Shown: positions 25,752 to 34,796 of the stretch, piece after piece
Layout: each line of letters starts with the position of its first letter
How positions within the stretch are numbered: position 1 is the first letter of the stretch
From: Rhodococcus sp. (in: high G+C Gram-positive bacteria)
GTDB lineage: Bacteria; Actinomycetota; Actinomycetes; Mycobacteriales; Mycobacteriaceae
Assembly: GCF_049299235.1 (NCBI RefSeq)
Contig: NZ_JBAQXC010000319.1
Span: 2,358 to 66,357 of the forward strand
Direction of reading: 5' to 3'
Length of the DNA: 64,000 bases
Translations under genes and position numbers: made by a program
The notes under the pieces: generated by a model
The model's input: the letters and a program-made list of their open reading frames with translations, nothing else
Told to the model about the DNA's origin: nothing
Databases searched by the model: none

Positions 25752-25800
25752 GGTGAGGGGAACCATCATTCGGACAAGCCGAATGATGGTTCCCCTCACC
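25752..25800. terminator. very strong hairpin (22-bp perfect stem, 5-nt loop) between convergent genes
   Basis: GGTGAGGGGAACCATCATTCGG-acaag-CCGAATGATGGTTCCCCTCACC. Confidence 0.7.
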
Positions 25801-25826
25801 GGGTGACGCGGTAGATCAGGTGCAGA

Positions 25827-26918
25827 TCAGGACGAAACGAGTGCTTCCCGAGCCTTCTCCTTGCGGTTGCGGTAGATGCTCGACGCGAATGCCGCTCCGA
25901 TCAGGGTGATGCCGACCAGGCCGGTGATCACCTCGGGAACGTGCGTACCGATCGAGTACAGCAGGATCAGCGCGAGCGCACCGATCGCCCAATGCGCGCC
26001 GTGCTCGAGGTACACGTACTCCGACAGCGTGCCCTTGCGCACCAGGAAGATCGTGATCGAACGGACGAACATCGCGCCGATGAAGCCGAGACCGAGAGCG
26101 ATGATGATCGGATCGGACGTGATCGCGAACGCGCCGATGACACCGTCGAACGAGAACGACGCATCGAGAACCTCGAGGTAGAGGAACAGGAAGAAGCCTG
26201 CCTTGCCGGTGGCCTTCGCCAGACCCGACGGACCGCCGCTGGTTTCCTCACCTTCCTCGGGCATGTGGAACATCTCGCCGAGACCGTTGACCGCGATGTA
26301 GGTGATCATGCCGAGCACACCGGCGATCATCACCGTCGACACCTTGTCGTCGGGTGCGATGACCGTGGCAGTGACGAGCAGCAGCGCCGCCGCGACGACG
26401 ACCTCGAGTTGGTCGAGCTTGCCTGCCTTCCCGAGTGGGCGTTCGATCCACCGCAACCAGTGGATGTCGCGTTCCTCGAAGATGAAGTGCAGGAACAGCA
26501 TCAGCAGGAACATGCCACCGAACGCCGCGATCTGCGGATGTGCGTCGGTGATGAGTGTTTCGTAGCTGGGGCTACCGTCCGGGAAGTAGGCGGCACCGTC
26601 GGCGGGCGGATTCAACGCGAGGTTCAGCGCGTCGACCGGTCCGAGACCGGATGCGACCCAGACGATCAGGAGCGGGAACACCAGGCGCATACCGAACACG
26701 GCGATGAGGATGCCGACGGTGAGGAAGATCTTCTGCCAGAACTCGCTCATCCGCTGCAGCACGGTCGCATTGATGACCGCGTTGTCGAACGAGAGCGACA
26801 CCTCGAGGATGCCGAGGATGACGCAGAGGAACAGTGCCTGGGGGCCGCCGTAGAGGAAGGCGACCACCAGTGAGACGACGGTGACGGCAAACGACGCCCC
26901 GAATATTCGCAGTATCAC
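25827..26918 (-). CDS. DUF475 / TerC-related integral membrane protein
   Basis: 363 aa with a GTG start. EVSLSFDNAVINA and LEVLDASFSFDGVIGAFA are duplicated motifs within a multi-helix membrane protein, as in DUF475 members of ter clusters. Adjacent to TerD. Confidence 0.8.
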   Translation of the reverse strand: MILRIFGASFAVTVVSLVVAFLYGGPQALFLCVILGILEVSLSFDNAVINATVLQRMSEFWQKIFLTVGILIAVFGMRLVFPLLIVWVASGLGPVDALNLALNPPADGAAYFPDGSPSYETLITDAHPQIAAFGGMFLLMLFLHFIFEERDIHWLRWIERPLGKAGKLDQLEVVVAAALLLVTATVIAPDDKVSTVMIAGVLGMITYIAVNGLGEMFHMPEEGEETSGGPSGLAKATGKAGFFLFLYLEVLDASFSFDGVIGAFAITSDPIIIALGLGFIGAMFVRSITIFLVRKGTLSEYVYLEHGAHWAIGALALILLYSIGTHVPEVITGLVGITLIGAAFASSIYRNRKEKAREALVSS

Positions 26919-26984
26919 GACTGCGGCCTTTCTTATCGATAGTCAGGTCGATGCAGCGAGGTACTGCAAACAGGAGACAAGAAT

Positions 26985-27013
26985 CCGGTCCCGGCGGATA
27001 TGACCGGGACCGG
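26985..27013. terminator. hairpin downstream of terD
   Basis: CCGGTCCCGG-cggatatga-CCGGGACCGG, a 10-bp perfect stem 18 nt after the terD stop (minus strand). Confidence 0.5.
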
Positions 27014-27030
27014 ATCGGGTTGACGACGAA

Positions 27031-27606
27031 TCAGACGTTGACGCCGTAGTCGCGGGCGATGCCCGCCAGGCCGGACGCGTAGCCCTGGCCGACCGCGCGG
27101 AACTTCCACTCGGCACCGTTGCGGTAGAGCTCGCCGAACACCATGGCGGTCTCGGTGGAGGCGTCCTCGGAGAGGTCGTAGCGGGCCAGCTCGTTGCCGT
27201 TGGCGCGGTCGACGACGCGAATGTAGGCGTTGCGGACCTGACCGAACGACTGGCTGCGGGTCTCGGCATCGTAGATCGACACCGGGAAGAAGATGCTCTC
27301 GATATTCGCGGGGACTGCCGCGAGGTCGACGTTGATGACCTCGTCGTCGCCGTCGCCCTCGCCGGTGCGGTTGTCGCCGGCGTGCTCGATCGAGCCGTCC
27401 GGCGTCTTCATGTTGTTGAAGAACACGAAGTGCTGGTCGGAGATGGCCTTCTTGTCGGCGCCCGTCGCGATCGCGCTGGCGTCGAGGTCGAAATCGGTGC
27501 CGGTGGTCGTGCGGACATCCCAGCCGAGGCCGACGGCCACGGCGGTGAGATTCGGCGCTTCCTTGGTGAGGGAAACATTGCCGCCCTTGGTCAAGCTGAC
27601 ACCCAT
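27031..27606 (-). CDS. terD: TerD family stress protein (canonical, Ca-binding motif present)
   Basis: 191 aa. [15 protein letters not shown]..., [39 protein letters not shown]. Confidence 0.95.
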   Translation of the reverse strand: MGVSLTKGGNVSLTKEAPNLTAVAVGLGWDVRTTTGTDFDLDASAIATGADKKAISDQHFVFFNNMKTPDGSIEHAGDNRTGEGDGDDEVINVDLAAVPANIESIFFPVSIYDAETRSQSFGQVRNAYIRVVDRANGNELARYDLSEDASTETAMVFGELYRNGAEWKFRAVGQGYASGLAGIARDYGVNV

Positions 27607-27722
27607 TCGGGGTCCTTTCGTAAGTCGGCGCGTCCGAACGGACCCGCCCGATTTGCGCGTGTCCTTCCCACACTAATGGGATATCCGCTACCGCGCTTCT
27701 GCCCGCCGTCCCTGCATCGGCG

Positions 27723-28955
27723 ATGCCCACACCGCCGGCCAGTACCATTCGGATCGTGGCGAGCAGATTCACGCGCCGGCTTTTCGGTGGCGGACCGATC
27801 GAGGATCCCGCGGCTCTCCGCGCCCACGACACGATGGTGGCGGCCTTCCTCGACATGGACCGACGGCAGTCGATCGCGGAGGCCGCGGTCACCGCCTCGC
27901 GTGAGCTGGAGCCGGAGCGGAACGTGGATCGCACGTGGACACCGATCCGCGAAGCGTGCTACCGAGCCGCCGAGACCTACCTGCAACTTGCCCGCACCGA
28001 ACCCGATCAACCGCTGGCGACTGCCGCCGCGTACGAGCATGCGACAACCATGATCGGCTCCGCAACGAGAACGTTGGATGAATTCTACGGATACAACCGT
28101 GCCCATTTCGAGCACGCGATGTCGGTTGCCGCTGCCGTTCCGCACATCGCACAACGTGCACGGGCCGACGCACACTCCGCCACCCGGAACCTGCACGCAC
28201 CCGACAACGCCGCCTTCGCCGGCTATCGGTCGGTGCAGACCGCGGCAGACGCACTCGATACCGCACTGAGCGCACTCGACGCGGCGGTCGGGACGGTCGC
28301 GATGCGGGAAAGCGCGGCGCGGGTCGGACAAGCGGCAGCGGAACTACAGGCCGCGCTCGAACTGGCACCGGCACAATCCGACCGGGCGCGCAACACTGTG
28401 TCGTCCGTCACAACTAGGATCGCAGCGGCCCACACCCGATCAGCGGGTCTCACCCCGGCCTACTCGGCGCTGCTCCGCGAATTCAACGCGGCGAGTTCCG
28501 CGGATCTTGCCGGCAACGATCGGCAGGCCACCGAGCTTCTCGCGCACGCCGAGGACAGCCTGACCGCGGCACGCAGCGAGTTGTCGGCCGGCCGGCCCGA
28601 GCATGCGCTCGACCACGCCGCCGCCGCGCGGTCGCACATCACCGTCGCCGAGCGCAACATCGACGCTGTCACCGACCGACTCGCGACTCTGCGTGCGGTG
28701 CGGGAGAATCCCGCTGCGAAGGTCGATGCCGTCCGCTTCCGGCTACGTGACGCACAGCACCTCGCGGTGCAACGTGGGATGACCGCACAATGGGGGTCGG
28801 TACTCGACGCGCAACTCGCCCGGATCGACAGAGCCGTCGATTCACTGACGGGTGTTCACCCGGACTACTGGGCGTTTGTGTGCGACCTCGACGCGGTGAC
28901 GGACTTCATCACCGGAGTGGTGCAACGAATGAGAGGACGGACGGACGGCCCATGA
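27723..28955 (+). CDS. uncharacterised Ala-rich all-helical protein, first gene of the Ter-associated operon
   Basis: 410-aa ORF. Its stop overlaps the next start (ATGA at 28952-28955). Composition and heptad-like A/L/R spacing suggest long helices. I recognise no family motif. Confidence 0.7.
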   Translation: MPTPPASTIRIVASRFTRRLFGGGPIEDPAALRAHDTMVAAFLDMDRRQSIAEAAVTASRELEPERNVDRTWTPIREACYRAAETYLQLARTEPDQPLATAAAYEHATTMIGSATRTLDEFYGYNRAHFEHAMSVAAAVPHIAQRARADAHSATRNLHAPDNAAFAGYRSVQTAADALDTALSALDAAVGTVAMRESAARVGQAAAELQAALELAPAQSDRARNTVSSVTTRIAAAHTRSAGLTPAYSALLREFNAASSADLAGNDRQATELLAHAEDSLTAARSELSAGRPEHALDHAAAARSHITVAERNIDAVTDRLATLRAVRENPAAKVDAVRFRLRDAQHLAVQRGMTAQWGSVLDAQLARIDRAVDSLTGVHPDYWAFVCDLDAVTDFITGVVQRMRGRTDGP

Positions 28956-30142
28956 CTCGGGGGACCTTCACGGAAGTGCGCGGCACACGCCACTTCCGTC
29001 ACCTGGATCCGGCGACGCAGAGCGCATTGTTCCTCCACCACCCACAACCGTTCGACGACAGCGACGACCGTGAACGCCTTGCGGTGGCGCTCGGGGCGAC
29101 CCTGTACGTGCCGGCGACCCGCCGCGATCTGGCCGCGACCGTCACACGCCGCGCAGCCGAGGGCGTGACGTCGATGGTTCTCGACCTCGAGGACGCGGTC
29201 GCCGACGACGAGGTCGAGGAAGGGCTGCGCAACACCGTCGACACCCTCGACCGTCTGGCCGGGACCGAGGCCGCGAACATGCTGCTGTTCGTGCGGGTCC
29301 GCACGCCCGACGGCGTCGAGCGCATCGCGGCCGACCTCGGCGACGGCGTCGGCGCCCTCACCGGGTTCGTGCTGCCCAAGTTCGGCGCGGACACCGGCCG
29401 CGCGTTCCTCGACGCGGTCTCCGCGGCATCGGCGCGACTGGGCAAGCGGCTGTACGCGATGCCGGTACTCGAGTCCAGCGACCTCGTGCACCGGCAGACC
29501 CGCGACCACGAATTACAGTCCGTCTCCGCTCTGCTTGCCGAACACCGGCAGCAGGTGCTGGCCGTGCGGATCGGCGCGACCGACATGTGCGGCACATTCG
29601 GGATCCGCCGCGACCGGGACCTCACCATCTACGACGTGCGGGTCGTCGTCGACGTCATCGCCGATGTCGTCAATTATCTGGGTCGGACAGACGGCACCGG
29701 TTTCGTCATCACCGGGCCGGTGTGGGAGTACTTCGCCGACCACGAACGCATGTTCCGGCCGATGCTGCGGGCCACTCCGTTCGAGGAACACGACGCCGTG
29801 CTGTTCCGCCAGCAACTCGTCAGCCGCGACCTCGACGGGCTGCTCCGCGAGATCACCCTGGACCGCGCGAACGGCATCCACGGCAAGACCGTGATCCATC
29901 CGTCGCACGTGGCGGCGGTGCACGCGCTGTCTGCGGTGACCCACGAGGAATACCACGACGCCGTCGACATTCTCGGCGGCGACACCGGAGGGGTCCGTCC
30001 GTCCGACTATCGGAACAAGATGAACGAACGCCGCCCGCACCGCACCTGGGCGCAGCAGACGGTTCTGCGTGCGTCGGTGTTCGGTGTCACCAACAAGGGA
30101 GTCACGTTCGTGGACCTGCTCACCGCCCTGGTGCACAAATGA
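28952..30142 (+). CDS. HpcH/HpaI aldolase / citrate-lyase-beta-like TIM-barrel C-C lyase (Ter-associated)
   Basis: ATG 28952. ..LGATLYVPATR.., MVLDLEDAV.., FVLPKF.., GIHGKTVIHPSHV are typical of the HpcH/CitE fold. Lies in the operon with the PRTases and HAD. Confidence 0.75.
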   Translation: MTRGTFTEVRGTRHFRHLDPATQSALFLHHPQPFDDSDDRERLAVALGATLYVPATRRDLAATVTRRAAEGVTSMVLDLEDAVADDEVEEGLRNTVDTLDRLAGTEAANMLLFVRVRTPDGVERIAADLGDGVGALTGFVLPKFGADTGRAFLDAVSAASARLGKRLYAMPVLESSDLVHRQTRDHELQSVSALLAEHRQQVLAVRIGATDMCGTFGIRRDRDLTIYDVRVVVDVIADVVNYLGRTDGTGFVITGPVWEYFADHERMFRPMLRATPFEEHDAVLFRQQLVSRDLDGLLREITLDRANGIHGKTVIHPSHVAAVHALSAVTHEEYHDAVDILGGDTGGVRPSDYRNKMNERRPHRTWAQQTVLRASVFGVTNKGVTFVDLLTALVHK

Positions 30143-31455
30143 GCACGGCCGCACCGACCGGCATCGTCGAAACCCTTCAGATACCCTGGGCTACAGAGAA
30201 ATTCGGCCTGACGCTGCATCACCACGACTCGACCACCGGACACCGGGTTACGGATCTGGTCCGACCCGGACTGCGCCGCAACCCGCGGCGCGCACACCTG
30301 CTGGTGTCCACCGTGCTGGGCAAGCACATTCCGACCGATCCCGCGGTCGTGCTCGACGCAGGAAACCGGCTCGGCGACCGGGTGGCCGAACTGCTCGGCG
30401 AGGATGCCCCGGTAGCGGTCGTCCTCGGCTTCGCCGAGACCGCGACCGGCCTGGGCCATTGTGTGGCCACACGCATCGGCGCGGCCTACTATCTGCACTC
30501 CACTCGCCGCGACGTTCCGGGCGCCGACACGTTCGCCGGATTCGAGGAGGGCCACTCGCACGCCACCTCCCATCTACTCCAGCCGACGTCGCCGGACCTG
30601 TTCGCGAACACCGCACCGCTCGTGCTCGTCGACGACGAAATCTCCACTGGAGCAACCGCACTCGATGCCATCCGCGCGCTCCACCGGAACCATCCGCGCT
30701 CCCGGTACGTGATCGCCTCGCTCGTCGACATGCGCGCCGAGGAGAATCACCGCGCGGCCGCACAGACTGCCGCCGATCTCGGCGCACGGATCGAGCACGT
30801 GTCGCTCGCGACCGGCCGGGCGGTGATCCCCGAGGGCACCACCGCGCGCGTGACGGCGCTTTCCGACCCCGAGCTGAATCCGCGCGCGGCACAACGGGGT
30901 ACCGCACGGTTCGTTACTCTTCCTTGGCCTGCAACGGTTCCCGATGGCGGGAGGCACGGATTCCGCGGCGCCGACACCGCAGGTTTCGACGCCGCGATCA
31001 CGGCAGCTGCCGCAGCCCTCACCGCCGCACTCGAGCCCGGCCACCCGGCCATCGTGATCGGACACGAGGAACTGATGTACCTGCCACTCCGGCTCGCGGA
31101 CACGCTCGCCGCGCACGGCGTCGCCACCCGGTTCCAGACCACCACCCGGTCACCCGGCTACGTCCTCGACGTACCCGGCTATCCGCTGCGACGCGGATTT
31201 GCTTTCCTCGCACCGGAATACGTCTCCGAGACACATGAAGAAGAGGCACCGCGCTATCTGTACAACGCGCAGTGGCCCGGTGCCGACCACAAGCCCACGC
31301 TCGTACTCGTGATCGACAGCCCCGCCGACACCGATCGACTTCGCGCGGACGGCGGGCTCGTCGATGTACTCACCGCAGCGGGCGAAGATGTCGTCGTCGC
31401 CACGGTTTCCGCGACCGACCCGGTCGCACTTCGCACCAGCAGGGAGGCACCGTGA
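30139..31455 (+). CDS. phosphoribosyltransferase-domain protein with long C-terminal (TRSP-like) extension
   Basis: ATG 30139 overlaps the upstream TGA. The PRPP-binding loop is LVLVDDEISTGATA. About 200 further residues are of unknown role. Confidence 0.75.
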   Translation: MSTAAPTGIVETLQIPWATEKFGLTLHHHDSTTGHRVTDLVRPGLRRNPRRAHLLVSTVLGKHIPTDPAVVLDAGNRLGDRVAELLGEDAPVAVVLGFAETATGLGHCVATRIGAAYYLHSTRRDVPGADTFAGFEEGHSHATSHLLQPTSPDLFANTAPLVLVDDEISTGATALDAIRALHRNHPRSRYVIASLVDMRAEENHRAAAQTAADLGARIEHVSLATGRAVIPEGTTARVTALSDPELNPRAAQRGTARFVTLPWPATVPDGGRHGFRGADTAGFDAAITAAAAALTAALEPGHPAIVIGHEELMYLPLRLADTLAAHGVATRFQTTTRSPGYVLDVPGYPLRRGFAFLAPEYVSETHEEEAPRYLYNAQWPGADHKPTLVLVIDSPADTDRLRADGGLVDVLTAAGEDVVVATVSATDPVALRTSREAP

Positions 31456-32558
31456 CGGCACCGTTGACAGGACCCGAGTTCGGATCGTACGTCGCCGACG
31501 ACGTGACCTGGCTGCTCAAGGACCTCTCGCACGTCGACCTCGAAGCCGACGTCACCGAACGGGAATTGCGCATTCAAGCGGGTCTGGCGCACTACGCGGA
31601 GTCGCTGCCGGTGGAGTACCGGCCCGACGCGGAGTATCGCGAACTGTTCGACAAGGTGCTCGCCGAGACCGCGGGGAGGCTGGCACGCGCCGTCGGAGCC
31701 GTGACCGAACTCCTTCTCGCAGAACGCGGCCCGAACCTGACACTGGTGTCGCTGGCCCGTGCCGGCACCCCGGTCGGTGTCCTGATCCGGCGGTGGGCAC
31801 AGCTCCATCACGGATTGTCGTTGCCGCACTATGCGATCTCGATCGTGCGCGGCCGCGGCATCGACGCCGCCGCGCTCGACCACATCACCGCACGGCACGA
31901 TCCGGCATCGGTGGTCTTCGTCGACGGGTGGACCGGCAAAGGCGCGATCGCACGCGAACTGTCGGCTGCGCTTGCCGAGTACGCGGCGGCGGGCGGCCCG
32001 ACCTTGTCCGACGATCTCGCGGTTCTGGCCGATCCCGGCCGGTGTGTGCGCACGTACGGCACCCGCGACGACTTCCTCATCGCATCTGCCTGCCTGAATT
32101 CCACTGTGTCCGGTTTGGTCTCGCGGACAGTCCTCAACGACACCCTGATCGGTCCCGGCGAGTTCCACGGCGCGAAGTTCTACTCCGAACTCGCCGACGA
32201 GGACGTGTCCGCAACACTGATCGACGCAGTGTGCGCCGAATTCGGCGACCGAGACAGCGCGCTCGCCGACGCCCGGCGTGTCATGGACTCCGATCGCACA
32301 CCGACCTGGACGGGTTGGGCATCGGTGGAGCAGATCCGGGCGCGGTACGGGATCTCGACCGTCAACTTCGTCAAGCCGGGCGTGGGCGAAACGACACGGG
32401 TGTTGCTGCGGCGGGTGCCGTGGAAGGTGCTCGTCCGGGAGGCCGACGCCCCCGAGCACGCCCACATCCGGATGCTCGCCGCCGCGCGCGGTGTCCCGGT
32501 CGAGGTGGTTCCCGACCTCGCCTATTCGTGCATGGGATTGATCAAGGACCTGCCGTGA
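31452..32558 (+). CDS. StiP-type protein (second PRTase-like domain, annotated in databases as cysteine protease StiP family)
   Basis: GTG 31452 overlaps the upstream TGA. ..LVSLARAGTPVGVLIRRW.., VVFVDGWTGKGAIAREL is a PRTase-like loop. The position matches the Ter biosynthetic module. Confidence 0.7.
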   Translation: MTAPLTGPEFGSYVADDVTWLLKDLSHVDLEADVTERELRIQAGLAHYAESLPVEYRPDAEYRELFDKVLAETAGRLARAVGAVTELLLAERGPNLTLVSLARAGTPVGVLIRRWAQLHHGLSLPHYAISIVRGRGIDAAALDHITARHDPASVVFVDGWTGKGAIARELSAALAEYAAAGGPTLSDDLAVLADPGRCVRTYGTRDDFLIASACLNSTVSGLVSRTVLNDTLIGPGEFHGAKFYSELADEDVSATLIDAVCAEFGDRDSALADARRVMDSDRTPTWTGWASVEQIRARYGISTVNFVKPGVGETTRVLLRRVPWKVLVREADAPEHAHIRMLAAARGVPVEVVPDLAYSCMGLIKDLP

Positions 32559-33391
32559 CCACCGCACTGATCGCCTCGGATCTCGATCGCACACTCATCT
32601 ATTCGCGCGCGGCGATGACGCCGACTCAGCTCGACCGCACCGACCTGCTGTGCGTCGAATATTTCGACGGTGCGCCACTGTCGTATCTGTCGGACGCGGC
32701 CGCACATCGGTTGCGGGAGCTGAGCGCGGCGGTACGTGTGGTTCCGACGACCACCCGCACCCCCGAACAGTTCGGGCGTATCGCGCTGCCGGGTGGACCG
32801 TGGCGGTATGCGATCACCAGCAACGGTGGCGCGATCCTTGTCGACGGCGCACCGGATCCCGTGTGGCGCAGTGCGCTCGAAGACACGCTCCGTACCGATG
32901 GTGCCGGGCTCGACGAGGTGCTCACCGCGCTGCGGGCCCGTATCTCACCGGACTGGGTGAGCAAGCTGCGGATCGCCGACGACCTGTTCTGCTATCTCGT
33001 TGTCGACGTCGACGCCCAGCCTGCCGAGTTCCTCGCCGAATGGGACGCGTGGTGCCGTGCCCGTGGCTGGGGAGCGTCCCAGCAGGGCCGGAAGATCTAC
33101 ACGGTCCCCGACTGCGTGTGCAAGAGCCACGCGGTCGCCGAGGTGCACCGGCGGCTCGTCGCGGACGGGGATCTCGACGAAAATTCCCCGGTGTTCGCGG
33201 CCGGCGACGGTGCCCTCGACGCGCGGATGCTCGAAGCGGCGGATGCCGGGATCCGTCCGCGTCACGGCGAACTCGAGGCACTCGGTTGGCAGCATCCGAC
33301 CGTTGTGGTCACCGACACCGCCGGGGTGTCGGCGGGCGAGGAAATTCTCGCCTGGTTTGCCGAGTTCGCCCGCATTCCGGCCGGTTCGTAG
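32555..33391 (+). CDS. HAD-superfamily phosphatase
   Basis: GTG 32555 overlaps the upstream TGA. HAD motif I is LIASDLDRTLIY, followed by TTRT and a late GDGALDARML motif. Confidence 0.8.
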   Translation: MTTALIASDLDRTLIYSRAAMTPTQLDRTDLLCVEYFDGAPLSYLSDAAAHRLRELSAAVRVVPTTTRTPEQFGRIALPGGPWRYAITSNGGAILVDGAPDPVWRSALEDTLRTDGAGLDEVLTALRARISPDWVSKLRIADDLFCYLVVDVDAQPAEFLAEWDAWCRARGWGASQQGRKIYTVPDCVCKSHAVAEVHRRLVADGDLDENSPVFAAGDGALDARMLEAADAGIRPRHGELEALGWQHPTVVVTDTAGVSAGEEILAWFAEFARIPAGS

Positions 33392-33452
33392 AGTGGACCG
33401 AGATCGACCGATGCTTCCATCGCCCGCCAGTGTCGCCTATCAGTGAGGACGA

Positions 33453-34793
33453 TTGACCTTGACCACTCCGCTCGCCAAGGGCCAGAACGGCCCGATCACC
33501 GCCTCCGACGTGGTCGTCTCGCTCGAGCTGACCACACCGGCCGATTTGTCCGCTCTGCTCGTCAAGGCCGACGGCAAGGTCCGGTCGGACGCCGACTTCG
33601 TGTTCTTCAATCAGCCCACCGGCCCGGGTGTGCGTCTGGTTCCCGGCGCGCCGGGGCAGGCTGCGTCGCTTGCGGTGTCGCTCGGTGACGTCCCCACGGA
33701 GATCGAGCAGGTCCGGGCCGTGATCACCCTCGACGACCCGTCGAGTACGTTCGGGCGTTTCGCACCGCCCGCCGCGCGGATCAGTGACGCGGCGGGCGCG
33801 GTGCTGTACGAGTACCGCATCGAGGGGTTGAGCAGCGAGTCCATCGTCATCGCGCTCGAGTTGTACCGGCGTCAGGGCACGTGGAAGGTCCGGGCCGTCG
33901 GGCAGGGATACGCCGGGGGGTTCGCCGCGCTGGTCACCGACCACGGTGTTTCGGTCGACGACGCACCCGCCGCACCTGCACCTGCACCACAGCCCACCGC
34001 GCCCGCTGCGCCCCAGCAGCCTGTCCAGTCCCAGCAGCAGTACGCCCCGCCCGTCCCTCCGCAGCCGGCCGCACCCCAGCAGTACAGCCAGCCCCAGCAG
34101 TACGGCCAGCCCGCGCAGCCCCAGTACGGTCAGCCCCAGCCCCAGTACGGTCAGCCCCAGCCCCAGCCCCAGGCGCCTGCGGCGCCCCCGGCCGAAGTCA
34201 GTCTCACCAAGAACCGCCCGGTCAGTCTCGTCAAGGGACAGCGGGTGACCTTGCGTAAGGACGAGGGGGTTGCCCTCACGTTCCTGAAGATGGGTCTCGG
34301 GTGGGACCCGGTCGAGAAGCGTGGACTGTTCGGCAACCGCTCGGCGGACGTCGATCTGGACGCCTCGGCGGTCCTGTTCGCCGACCACAACATCGTCGAC
34401 GTCGCGTACTACGGCCAGCTGACATCGAAGGACGGCTCGATTCAGCACCAGGGTGACAATCTCACCGGCGAAGGCGCCGGTGACGACGAGGTCGTACTCA
34501 TCGACCTGACACGTGTGCCGCCGCACGTCAACACGATCATGCTCATCGTCACCTCCTACAAGGGTCACACGTTCGAGCAGGTCAAGAACGCGTTCTGCCG
34601 GCTCGTCGACGGGACGAACAACGCAGAGTTGGCCCGCTACACGCTGCAGGGCGGTATGCCGTTCACCGGCATGGTGATGTCGAAGCTGTACCGGCAGGGA
34701 CAGGAATGGAAACTGCAAGCCGTCGGCGAGGGCGTCCAGGCCAAGCACCCGGGTGAGGCCGCGCCGCAACTCGGCCGGTTCCTGGCAACGTAG
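33453..34793 (+). CDS. two-domain TerD protein (degenerate N-domain, P/Q-rich linker, canonical C-domain)
   Basis: TTG 33453 follows GAGGAC. The N-domain ends [13 protein letters not shown] and lacks the Ca motif. The C-domain has GLGWD, DLDAS, GDNLTGEGAGDDEVVLIDL and WKLQAVGEG. Confidence 0.9.
   Translation: MTLTTPLAKGQNGPITASDVVVSLELTTPADLSALLVKADGKVRSDADFVFFNQPTGPGVRLVPGAPGQAASLAVSLGDVPTEIEQVRAVITLDDPSSTFGRFAPPAARISDAAGAVLYEYRIEGLSSESIVIALELYRRQGTWKVRAVGQGYAGGFAALVTDHGVSVDDAPAAPAPAPQPTAPAAPQQPVQSQQQYAPPVPPQPAAPQQYSQPQQYGQPAQPQYGQPQPQYGQPQPQPQAPAAPPAEVSLTKNRPVSLVKGQRVTLRKDEGVALTFLKMGLGWDPVEKRGLFGNRSADVDLDASAVLFADHNIVDVAYYGQLTSKDGSIQHQGDNLTGEGAGDDEVVLIDLTRVPPHVNTIMLIVTSYKGHTFEQVKNAFCRLVDGTNNAELARYTLQGGMPFTGMVMSKLYRQGQEWKLQAVGEGVQAKHPGEAAPQLGRFLAT
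33958..34195 (+). repeat. low-complexity P/Q/A/Y-rich linker with imperfect QPQ(Q)YG repeats
   Basis: Encodes APAAPAPAPQP...QQYSQPQQYGQPAQPQYGQPQPQYGQPQPQPQAPAAPP. The nucleotide level shows repeated cagccccagtacggt units. Confidence 0.9.
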
Positions 34794-34796
34794 CCG

